A DNA stretch of 64,000 nucleotides from Eutreptiella sp. 'Long Island Sound 2002'. Lineage: Eukaryota; Protista; Euglenida. The DNA lies in assembly GCA_964036045.1 (NCBI GenBank), contig OZ038378.1, positions 21,886,001 to 21,950,000 on the forward strand, read 5' to 3'. The position numbers and the translations under genes were made by a program. The notes beneath the pieces were generated by a model, which was not told where the DNA came from, searched no databases, and was given only the letters and a program-made list of their open reading frames with translations. Within the stretch, counting starts at the first letter, position 1, and each line of letters begins with the position of its first letter. Below, one piece after another: positions 37,996 to 49,549 of this stretch.

Positions 37996-40900
37996 TCAGG
38001 CACGGCCACAGGAATGGGACACAAGCCGGGGCACAGCAGGGGGCACACCAGGAAGACACGCCAACTTGTTTTCAAACAGCTCCTTGAGGGCCTGCACCTC
38101 CTGCAGCTCACGCCGCAGGCGCTGCAGAAAGTCCTGTGTGGCCACTGCATCCCATTCGGCACGCGCCTGTTCCCACTTCCGCTGTTCTGACTCAAGCGTG
38201 TGCTTTTCCACCGCGAACTGCTCCATCGCTTGCTTCAGCACCTCCAGCTGCCGCTCAGCCGCTTCTTTGGCCTTGTGGGGAACGTGAGTGGTCCGGGAGC
38301 GGAGTAAGAAACGGGCAGGAAACATGTTGCGGATTGTGGGGGATGCGCTGCGGTGGTGCACCAGAGTGTCTCATTGTGAGTGTGCTCCAGCAGCTTTGCT
38401 GCCATGCTGTAGCAGGTGACCCCAAAGGGTAGGCACACGCAAAATTTGTCTTGCGTGCACGCACACATACACACAATGCAAAGCCACTCAACACCAATAC
38501 CTTGCAGGCAACAGGGCACGGCATGAGGAGGAACAGCTCGTCAGGCCAAAATATGGCACACACACCCACGCACATGGGAATGTTTGTATGTTTCCCTTCT
38601 CTGTACAATGCTATTGGCTCATGGGGGCTGACCTTACCCAAGGTGTGGGATGACTGCTTGTTCCAAAGAGGCATAAAGGTATGACACAGTGGCATCAGCT
38701 ATGGCCTTGAGCATGTGTTGCTCAGATCATGGGCCAATATGCTGAAAATTTTTCGTCCGTGGAGCGATGACTGGTTGCTCGTTTTACTGTGGGCCTTCAA
38801 ATTTGCAAAGCTAGCCTCGTTGCATCATTACCATTTCTTATCAAATGGCCAAATTGATCTGCACCAAAGCGCAAAAAGGTTTTTTGTTGGTAGGCGGGGG
38901 CAAGGCATCCACTGCACAATCAGAATCTCCTCAAGGTCTCCAAATCCTTCAGTGTTTCACAATGCTGGCCACCCTCTACCCCTGTGCAGGGTAGCAACAT
39001 TGCAAACAGCAGTGTGCCAGCTTTTCGTTCATCTTTAATGGTATTCTCCGAAATGTGCATGCAAGTTGCCTGCTCCATGATGGACAACAACACCAGCCTG
39101 CACTCAAACTCATGGGTATGGTGAGTAGACATCTGTGTGTTCAGATTGAGAAGAAAAGAGCCCCAATCATACACGTACACCGTTGCCAGAAGCAAAACAT
39201 GAATGCCCCGATGCATCCTGGAACGTGCAACGGTCTGGACTCTGAGGAGTGAGTAGGCTGCAAAAAATCATATCAGAATGCATCACTTAGCACTTCATTT
39301 GGGTCCACAGAGGGGGATTTCCCCCTCCCCCCCGTTGGTGTTAGGGACTGAAGCCTGCTAGCCTACAGTGCCCCATGTGCGTGGGCTAAACACAACATTG
39401 CGTATAGCAGTATGGAAGCTATTGAGTGGGGTCACCTGTGATGACCCTGAGAGGCATCCGGTGATCGTTTTGGTGATAGACAGCTTTGACTGCACACCCA
39501 GGGATGCTGTCAGTCACCGCTAAAAGGCGAATCTCCGCGTTGTTGTAGACATACCTCCCTTCGAGGTGTATCTTCTAAACACATTATAATTGCATTTTGG
39601 GGGGTGCAAGGGTGTGGTCTCAAACACACTTTGTGCTATTGGCCACCATGTGTGCCCCTTGCCTGCCACACCCATCTCCAAAAGGACCGTGGTATCTGAA
39701 TGACTGCCAGAGTGTGGTCAGCCATAAAGGCAAGTTGCGGGGGCATATGGTTCAATGCCCGCACTCCCTTAAGGCCATGCTGGAAGCGGCCCCAATGGCC
39801 AATGGGCAAGCCTGCCCTGAGATGATGCACTTGGCACAAGAAGAAGGAGTGCACCACGTTGCCACAACAGAGTTATGCATCTGTTTTCTATGAGCTGAGT
39901 GCATCTACCGTTCATATCACCAGTACGGCTCAGCAAACTTTCATGGCTGAAAAGGTGCAAGCACGCCGTCCAACTCTGAAAAGGAGGGTCATCGTTTTCA
40001 AATTCTGGGACACTTGTATGGGTCAACAAATGAAGGCTTGGAACTGGTTGGTGCAGTTGATGATCAAACGCGTTGCTTGCGTCTCAGATGATGCCCAAAA
40101 CCATTGTCCCAGGAGTTGGCAACGAGCTTTTCAGCAGCACTTAAATCTGTGCACGCTCTTGGAGCTGGAAATACCGCAGCTTCTGGCACCAGACTTACTG
40201 GCCCATGTTTATCAATTGTATCATTTTTGGGTCCACAATAGAGGGCTAAAATTGTCCACAAACTTCTTGGTTGCGTACGTGAAGTGGAACTCTGGCACGT
40301 GGGCGGCACATGACGCATGTGAAGCAGTTCCAAACCAACCAGAGGACTCTCCTGCGTGCGAGCAAGCACAGCTGGGCCCGGCCCAGACAACTTTGCCGCC
40401 TGTCTTAAAAGTGAAAAGTTCCCCATGAACTTCTCCAGCAATGATGAAGCCCTCCCTTGCCGTAGCTTCACACAGGCTGCAGATTCCACGTGCACAGGGC
40501 GTTTAGAACACACAACGAGAGGCCATCCCTCAACGTGTCCACGGAAGCTGAAGGGGCTGTAGTAGCGTTGGGGATAAGCATTGTGTGGATTAGGGAGCAC
40601 CTGCAGCCACTCAATGCGCTCCTTGTGCAGCTGCTGCTCAGCCATCTCCAAGTCTTGAAGCATCTGGGCTTTTTGGTGGTCCTCACGATGTTTGACAAAC
40701 TGCTGATTCCAGTACTCCCCCTCTTTTTGCAGGGCTTCCTCGGCGCATCGCGGGTGGGGGCGACTACGGATCTCATGGACAGCTTGCTGTGCATCTTGCC
40801 CCAGGCTGTTGTGGAGTGGCAGCAAGGGGCATGAGATGTGGGCGATCATGTGCGCATATGGGTCTATGGCTCAGCTTGCAAGTCAAATCAAGGGTTTTGG

Positions 40901-42180
40901 AGACTACTGCATCCGCCCCTGTAGCATTTCGCATGACTGTGGCACATTGGCAACGACAACGAATGGATGTCCCCAAAAGATGCGCAGCAAAATGCTTCCT
41001 GCAGGTGTGGTCTCGTACCTCCCTTTTGTCTGCCTGCTTGCCTGTCTGCTTGTGGCCTGCCTGCCCACATACGTGCCTCTCTGCTGTTTTGCCCATCTGC
41101 TCCTGACCTTACTTGCATGCATACCTGTCTGCCGTTTCCATGAGCCATATGATACCCTCGATTCAAATGACATTCCATGCCTCACCCACCGCTTCCCTGT
41201 CTCCTTATCCCCTTGTCTGCTTGCGCGCCACCTGCCCCGACCTTTGCCGTGCATCACTTCAATGGCAGAATGGCAGCATCAGGCCAATGGAGTGCAGGTT
41301 GCAGGTGGCCAGCACACGCCCAGGGTTAGAGGAAGGAATCATGCTCAACCAGCTGACGTGAGAAAGTTTGACCCTGGGGCACATGGTAGACAGACAAATA
41401 TGTATTCATGTAGATTGGCAGATGGGCCAGCAGACAGTAAACATAGATGAGTTGACAGATACACGGATACCTTCCTTAACTTTGAGACCCCGATAAGACT
41501 ACACACCAAATTGATCGAAATCCACCCACATCGCTCAATGTGCGACGGAAGCGCGACGGAGAGTCGGGGGCCAGAGGGCAAGCAGAGGGGGGCTGCCAAG
41601 CCAGCAGTGTCTGACCCAACTGCCACGACCTGAAATGTAAGCTCCGATCGCGCACCTACCCCTAGTGCCAGCACAACAGAGCGCGTGAGCTTCCTACTGG
41701 CTACCCCACGCTGTCCCTGACGGACGACACGTCGTATTACCGGGCACAGCACGGTGCCGAAACCTTTCTTGGTCTCGAGTCATTCTTTGCCTTAGGTCAT
41801 TCCTCTCTTCTCCTCCGTCACGGAGGGCCGTCACGGAGGGGAATTCAGGCTCTGCCTCTTCAGTGGCCTGTACGACCTCCATTCGTCACCCTAAACCAAT
41901 GCACACATGCCACAGGGTGAGGCTGACCTGCTCCACTCTGCCGCTTGGTGGCCCTCAATGGTGTGCCTGCAATGGAGCTCCTGGTCCTGCATCTCCGCCA
42001 TGGCAGCAAAGCCTTGTACCCCCATGGGAATGCCAATGGAGAGGTCAGGGTATTCGCTGGCCTGGCCAGTTGCTGCAGCTGCCGCCCAATCCTGAACTTT
42101 CTCCAGAGAGTCGCTGACGTGAGGCCTTGAGAAGCCATCCACATCGTGGGCATCTTCCATCGTGTACGCCTCAACAGAAT
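37996..42180 (-). CDS. Coiled-coil protein C-terminal part; exons 42180-41928, 40805-40601, 38271-37996
   Basis: GT-AG junctions with matching phases (1>2, 2>0, 0>stop): DSVEAYTMED...QAAEWS|SLGQDAQQAVHE...KERIEWLQ|AKEAAERQLEVLKQAMEQ...CGRA*. Composition is E/Q/K/R/L-rich and helical. Confidence 0.7.
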
Positions 42181-42774
42181 CTGGCAAGACAGGGGGGTGA
42201 CAAACAGGGATTTAAGGTGCGTGAACCGATGGAGGGATGGTGTAACAGATGGATGGACAGGCCATCACAATGGAAAGCAACCCCCGTGAGTTTTGCTTTC
42301 GAGGGGGACATCTTTCAATTCACCGGTATACACATTAAAGATACATACGCACAATCTTACGAGGTTTGTACCCCCAAACCCATGTTAACTGTCCTCAAAT
42401 AGCACCTTAGAGTTCTTTGTTGTTGGTCTGTGCAGAGCTGTCTCTCACTTCTGGTGTATTCTCTTTTGCAATTATCCTCTTTGTGAGTATCCGCTTCCTT
42501 CCAGCAGCACAATCTTCCCCAGTGGGTGCCACTTGTAGCAAAATGTATTTGTGGCAACATCTCTGCAATAAATGGTTCTATTAAAAATCCCCTCCTCTAT
42601 GAACAGTGTGTTTCGGGTTGGGTTGGGTTGGACGCAATCTGAAGTGATTCCTGTCACCTCAACGGAAAAGATGTCCTATCACACATTGCAGGCCACCCTC
42701 CATTGAGCTCAGCGCTGCAGACCACTGTCAACCCTGTCTGAACCATGCACACATGCACACATACACAGACCCAG

Positions 42775-42811
<37 letters not shown>

Positions 42812-43240
42812 GAAGGAAGCCAGCATGCAGAGACGCACTAAATCCCCAGGCACCACCCACCAGCATTTGGCCAGACGCCACTTGTGGACAGCAGGGGGTG
42901 ATTGGTGCAGCCGTGGCCCACACGCCTGGATGACCCCAAGGCTACCTCACCTTCCAGTCATTAGGTGAGGCGGTGAGAGTCCATAGTGTCATCGCCATGG
43001 ATTTACTTAGCCCTAATGGACCATTTAGCACCGCTGCACACAAGACAGGGAGGAGGAGATGGGATGGAGAACCACTCTTCGCGCATATCTTTGTAGCAGC
43101 ATTGGCTCTAAACATGCTTTGAAAGTGTCTGTTTATCATTGTGCACGTCACAATATCAGAACAAATGGGTTTTGGAACTCGATTGTTGAGCAGAGGAGGC
43201 TAACAAGTACTGAAGCATTTCTCGTTCTTTTTTTCCACTA

Positions 43241-43790
43241 CCCCCCCCCCCCCTTGTCATTCCCCACCCCAGGGAAGACGGTCCCCCACCACCCCCTGGG
43301 GGACGGTTGCCAAGTGACGGTCCCCCATCCCCCCCTGGGGGACCGCACCACCACCGTACACGCACCTTTGTAGGCACAGAAATTGCAGCATAAAACAAAG
43401 GAATTCATCATAAGATACGTTCAAAGGGCTGGCAATGTACGGAGACCTACTCCTTGACCGGCTTGGTAGAAAACTTCTTGGTCCTGCTCCACTTGACCTT
43501 GAACTCTTGCACACGCTCTCCACTTTCCACTGGAATGCTTAGGGCCGCACTCTTGGGTGGTGGTTTTGCCTTCTCAGGGTGGGGCTGTCAAGTTCCATTT
43601 CAGCAAAAGTGAGCAAAATGTCCTGCCAAGAGTACAAGGGATACAAGTGGCAGTGCCCCACAACATAGTCACCCACACAACAACACAGTGAAGATTTTGG
43701 GTTGACCAAGTGACGGTCCCCCAGCCCCCCCCCAGGGAACGACAAGGGGTGGGGAACGACAAGGGGGGGACGACAAGGGGGGGGGGGGGG
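43241..43790. mobile_element. TA-flanked MITE with poly-C/poly-G-tipped TIRs and internal repeated modules
   Basis: TA (43239-43240), C13, ttgtcattcccc... on the left; ...ggggaacgacaa...gacgacaa, G14, TA (43791-43792) on the right. ccaagtgacggtcccc occurs near both ends. Confidence 0.75.
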
Positions 43791-46700
43791 TACAAACATT
43801 GATGCCTTGTTCATACCAAAACAAAGAGTAACTGTGTTGCCCATGGGAACGCTTCCGCCACACTGCAACATCAGGGTAAATTAGCTTTTAAAGCAGTGTG
43901 AAAGAAATGCGTATCAGAGCAATAGAGTTCCATGCACATCTGTTGATCTGTTGACACCATCACCCTCTACCAAGGAAGAGACTGCGGCCCAGGCTCAACG
44001 CATGTGTGGTAGGGAGGAGGGAGGAGGGAGTTAAAGAGGAGGGACGTCATCCACTTGGTCAGAAGTAGCAGAGCCCCATTGTTACTATTTTCCCCATACC
44101 CCTTGGATCAAGCAACAATTAAGACTGTACGTGAGTCCTTGGCCGTGCTAGGATTCCATATGGGGCTACGTGGTTGTTTGGTGCATATTGAACAAAAAAA
44201 GGATAGCTTTTAGACTATGGTCTGATTTACCATATGATGAAGTAGCAAAACACAACATATCACAAAAATTCAAAAAAAAAAAAAAACATAGTGTGCACCC
44301 TTTCAGCAGACCAGGGCCGGTCTGCGCGTCATAGCTTGTAGGCGCTACAACCACATCAATTCATGGTTGTGACTAGGGGCACTGGTGTCGCAGTACAGCT
44401 AGTGGAGGGTCTGCGCAAACCAGCAATTGTCAGCAGAGCTATCAGGGACACAGTGTACTAAGCTGATTTACGCTCTGTCATGCAGCCAGGGAGAGGGTTG
44501 GAGAAATGGGCGTGCATGAATTGGGCCTACAAAAGCAAATTGCACACCGACTATGTGACACAGTCCGTTGGGAACACATGGGCGGTGCTGCACAGTCTGA
44601 GACATAATGCAAGAGGTCAGAGCTGATCCAACAGGTCGCAGAACAACACAGTACTGATCTGTTGCGTGTAATTTGACGCCTTTTGTTTGCCAGAGGACAT
44701 CACACTCCCCGCAGCTCCTGGGGTGTGTCCGGAGGGGGGGTTACCCGCACCTCATGACAAACACACCTAACTGTAGTGCCTGCTCTGGCTACCTCCACGG
44801 AATACGCACGACTCAGCTCATACCTCCATTCAACGAAAGTAGCAGCTCGTTGGCCAGCTGCATCCAGCCTTTTGTATCCGTCAGAATTGGACACTGTTTG
44901 TCCGGGTCCCAGGGAAAGCGTAGAATGAACTGGAAAACCTGCACACCCGGCGGGATGCAACATGGAGCCAAAAGTGAGGAATCGGGTCAGGGGAAGGATG
45001 ACGATGAAAAGAAGTGTGCGAATGATGGAGCGAGAGTGTATGTGCGGGGCAGTGCTCCATAAAGAGTAACTTGTCACTGGGTGCACAACCGCTGTCCAGT
45101 GCAATGTCCTTTGTAGCGAAACGTTCGTCCCACTACTCATAATTGCAGCACATAATGCCTCTGTGTCGACAACCCCCCTGCCACCACTGACAGGCTTGAC
45201 ATCCAGTCATTCCCAAACCGTGGACTTTGGAGGGTGCTCACCACGTCCACTGATGTGGGTATTGTAACACAGGGCTCCGAACAACCAGGTAGCACACCCC
45301 TGTGTGGCCACTTGCAGGGGGTGGGGAGAAAAGCGATCGCTAGGGGGTTTGATAGGGTGTGGGGGATACAAAGAGCAATTGCAGGGCAAATGTGCGGGAC
45401 AATGAGGGCAGAGATGGGAAAAGAGTGTGGGGGTGGAACTGAGTGTGGGGCGAATGTGGGGTGACTGTCATTGCCAGGGCAAAGGACAAAATTAGAGTGT
45501 GCAGCTGCACAGCAACAGCGGAGAAAACGGGATGGCGGGGATGAAATGGCGCACTGCTGGACTTACAGTGACCCGATACGAGCTTTGGACCTGCCAGAGA
45601 AAATGTCTGGACGTGGCAAAACAAAGAACAAAGATGTTGCACCTCTGCACCAGGGTGCACTGTGTGATGACGGCACAGGGCATACCTTGTGGAGCAATCC
45701 CACTTCGAACGAAACACTACACTGGACGCTACACTGGATGCAACAAAGCAACAAGACTTTTGACAGGCTGTCAGAGTTCAGAACATGCCCCCGAAGGACC
45801 TCCTGTCATCCGTGTGTCATGCACGTGCTGCAAGAAAAGGGACTGTGCAATAATGCAAAGAAGATACACACATTACTGCGGAGCCATGGCGCCGTTCATG
45901 TACAATTTATTTTCAAGAGGGTTTCCTCGTGGAAGATTACAATTCTCTGCCTCTGGGGTACCAACTTGCATTGGGGCAAACACAATTAGGAAATGTGCAA
46001 GTGGACATGGGCCTAGGGGGGAGTTCCTCACTAGGCTTCGGGCGAGGGCGCACCACCACCCGCACAAGTCGGCATGGTTCGAAAACAAGAAGGGGGGTGC
46101 AGTCTAGGCTACTCAACATCCTCCACAACAAAGGGGCCCGCTGTAAGGACTTCGGATGGCATAGCTTCAGGAGGTTTGGAGCGGCCTAGCTCCGGAAACT
46201 CGGGCCTGTCTTCCGCAGCCCGTGGCTGGAGGCGGGTGGTGGCCCGACCTGTCCCCTGTGTGTGTTCTGTTTGCTGCGTTGGGCATTGTAGGTGTTCCGG
46301 ATGGGGGCCCTTAGACACTGTCTACCCCTCCTGAGGTGCATCCGGCCTTTGCCTGGGGTTCTTTGGACGGGGACGGGGACCCGGGACGAAAAAGGGAGAG
46401 CGGAAACAACCCCCCTCCCCGCACGGAAACTTGTTGAGAAAACAGGCCTCAAGCAAAGGCACTCAGGCACAGCACGCCAAAAGTGTCCTCATTGGTGGTC
46501 CCATAGGTCTGCGGCATCAGTGTGAGACACAGCTGTGTCCTCAGAACACCACTTCTATTCCCCATAGTTCTGTTCCCTCACAGGGACAGCCTGCCTCCCT
46601 GAAAGCTCGTACAAACCGCAATTGTAGTACTTCCTCTGTCATGCTTGGCACAACCATGTTCTCTCCCCCTCTCCCCCTCCTCCCCCTCCCCTTTCCCCAA

Positions 46701-47164
46701 ATGAAGGCTGCTTGTAACAAAACATACACACGCATTAGCACACAAAGCTGCAAAGGAAGCTGGTCAGTGGACAAACAAAGCGCATTGGCGCCTTTCTGGT
46801 AGGAGAAGGGATGCAGATAGTGCCCGGTGTTCCTTTATGGGGTCATTCACAGACTGTTGTGGGTCAGCGGCGATATGTGCCGCATGCAGTACTCACGTAC
46901 GCACAACATCCGCTCTGACACATATTTCAGAAAATCCCCCGCATTAACCGAAAACTGTCCCACTCTCACCGACGATCGATCCAAAATACATCCGTGGCTT
47001 GGGACAAGCATCAATTCATTTCGGCAAACCCAAACCAGTCTGTACACCCGGAAGTACCATCCAGATCACTTGCTCAGCCTTACAGCAGACGCCGCCACAA
47101 TCAAATCCAAAGGGGACAGGGCAGGCATCGCGCTTCTCCCATAGCGCTGAACCCGCCCTCGTAC

Positions 47165-47476
47165 CTTGCGGCCCCGGAATCTTTCGTCTTCCTCCCACTC
47201 CGCCGTTGACTTGCGGTTCATGTCGGGGATGCACAGAGTGCTGCTGGGCAGCAGCCGCTCAGTTTCACATGGATACTGCGAGACCCACTGCACGTTCGCT
47301 CCATTCCCCAGGAAGTGGGGGGGCACTTTCTTGCCGTTCTCCCCACGGAATGCGAACACGCAGGGGCCCCCGTAGCGCACGGTGGCAATGTCGACATCCA
47401 GCGTCGTGCTCACGAAGCCCGGGTCGGCAATGATCAGTTCGCTCAGGAAATCCACGTAATCGGGCCGGAAGTAACC
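47165..47476 (-). CDS. Exon encoding a NAD:arginine ADP-ribosyltransferase (ART)-like catalytic region
   Basis: Polypyrimidine-CAG acceptor, 312 nt (phase 0-0), GTAC donor. GFVSTTLD resembles the S-T-S/T motif and WVSQYPCETERLLP resembles the E-x-E catalytic loop of R-S-E ARTs. The R (YRG) motif would lie in an upstream exon I could not place. May be 5' part of the 37996-42180 gene. Confidence 0.6.
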
Positions 47477-49177
47477 CTGCGGAAGTAGGGGAGAGTGCGC
47501 CGTGTGCGGGGGAAAAGGTGGGTGCATACGAACGCCTGATAGCCGGGACGGGGGCCACATTGTCCTCGAGAAGCGTCTGTCAGGGTGTGCGCGTGTGGAT
47601 TGACTTGAGAAATGTGTCTGACAGAGCACTGCTGGGCCACAAACGGTGGCAGCAGACTGCTTCCCTGATCCCCATTGTCAAGGCAAGTTCGGCATGTCCG
47701 TCCGGCACACAAACAGGGTGGGCCGAATGTGCCCAAGACGGATTGTATTTCACAGAGCTATCCACCAGGAGCTTCAGCAACCGGTTCACCGAGCGGCACG
47801 TCACTTTGGCACAGACCGTTTTGCATCTGGCACCCTGCAGAGCGCCCTCGGTCAGGGGTGTGGCAAGCCAGGATAAGGGCGCCTGTACAAATTCACTGAT
47901 GAGACTTGGTGTCACGCAGGGGGCATGCCCAAGCCTGAGGCTGGGCTGAAAGGTCCCTCTCCAGGGGCTGCAATGGCTAATGGCGTCGCAAGCCCATCTA
48001 TCTGCTCTGCACCCACAACGCGTGTGGCCATTGTCCTGCTCATTGGAATTGAAGGGACCGATGGGCTGCTCCGTCTGTGCACATCTTTGTCGTTACATCT
48101 CCACACTCGAAATAGACGATGATGCTTTGTTCTTGTGATACTTTCCCTGTGTTGGACCAATCTCCCCTTTGAGCTTGGGCCCAAGCCCACTCCTCAGGGA
48201 GCTGGTGCTCCAGGAACCCTCCGTTGCTTCCTCCAGTGCAACCTGGCGGCTTTGCCCCTGTTCCCAATCTGGTTTGTGCTCGCTTGTTTTTCCACTTCTT
48301 GTTTCTGTGCAGCATCCCCCCCCCCTCCTGGCATCCACTCCCACTGCCAACATCACACACGCCCCAACCCTGGGCAGTGAGGCTTGGAGGACACTCTCCA
48401 CAAACCGATGATGTGGGTTTCGGCACAGGGCCTTTGTGACCTCGGATCCTCAAGTGCTACCCATCAGTGGTGCGCTAGAGTTATCAGAACCTGCCCCTCC
48501 GATGATGTCTTTAAGGATGTTCTCCCACTGGTAATTGGGTGGCGATTTCATGCATCCTGCTTTTCCCTCCCTGAGCACGCGCTTGTAGTTGGGCCTAGTG
48601 AAACACTGGCTTCCCTGTTGCAACTCCTGTTGGATGTGGCTTTCAGTTGCCCCTGATCAAATCAGGCTTTGCATTGTGGATGAGGACTCTAGTGAGGTGG
48701 CAGCATCCAACCAACCACTCGAACCACCATTCGAAGAATTCCTTGAGGTTCTTGTGACATAAGCTGCAGTGTGCCAAGGAACAATGAGACCCTGGGTGAA
48801 ATCCTTGGCACCTTGTTCCGCTCTCCAAGATTGTCCAGTACAGTGTGTGTTGCTGTATGATCTGCTTTTGTCAACCAAGGTCATTTGGGGGTGCGGTGGG
48901 GTGCGGGGGAGCACAGTTATGTGGGTCAGAGTGGAACACTTATCACACTACGATCACCACCATCACCACCACCAAGCACCAATGACATGATGTGTAACAC
49001 TTCGACCCTTATCCCCTTGGCCCTGCGTTACAAGGCCCGCATCAGTAGTGGAGAGCACCCTCCAAACTTGACGGTCTGGGAATGACTGCTGTGCCGGCAG
49101 GGGATGGATGTGCGGGGCACAACACTGCAGTCGCGAGCAGTGATGGGTTGATCTCTCTTGAAACCAATTGGGCTGCA

Positions 49178-49549
49178 TCAGGTGCTGGGGAGACGGTGAC
49201 TGGAAGCACATAACACTGGACATCTTGCGGGCAAGTGAGTGAACCCAGAGCAATTGGCATATAAAATCTTAGCACCAATTAGCAACACCCAGTATGCAAT
49301 GTATTCTTGGTGCACTGCCTCATCTCTTGTGTACACTAGATTGCTCCCCTGTCTACTCACTTTTGTGTTCCATACAATGTCATCATTGTCATGTGCTGCC
49401 GCATAACCATGCACATAAACCGTTGGGTGTGGATTTGCAGGTGTCTTAAGTAAAGTTGTGAATGTCCATTTCACAACGCCGTGCTTAGCTGTTTCCAACT
49501 CAAAATGATCATCCAACAAGACAACCCTCCTTGATGTTGTCTTTGGCAT
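49178..49549 (-). CDS. Orphan ORF (123 aa), hypothetical
   Basis: ATG follows an A-rich upstream stretch and the N-terminal part has protein-like composition; no recognisable motif. Confidence 0.25.
   Translation of the reverse strand: MPKTTSRRVVLLDDHFELETAKHGVVKWTFTTLLKTPANPHPTVYVHGYAAAHDNDDIVWNTKVSRQGSNLVYTRDEAVHQEYIAYWVLLIGAKILYANCSGFTHLPARCPVLCASSHRLPST

Noticed and set aside
41694-41882. Acidic ORF as an extra exon of the coiled-coil gene
   Set aside because: No phase-compatible acceptor; the flanking exons join directly in phase 2.
45471-46107. SWIM-finger / Mutator transposase remnant (GIPC motif, Cys-rich)
   Set aside because: The conserved His after GIPC and the upstream CxC are missing, so there is too little support.
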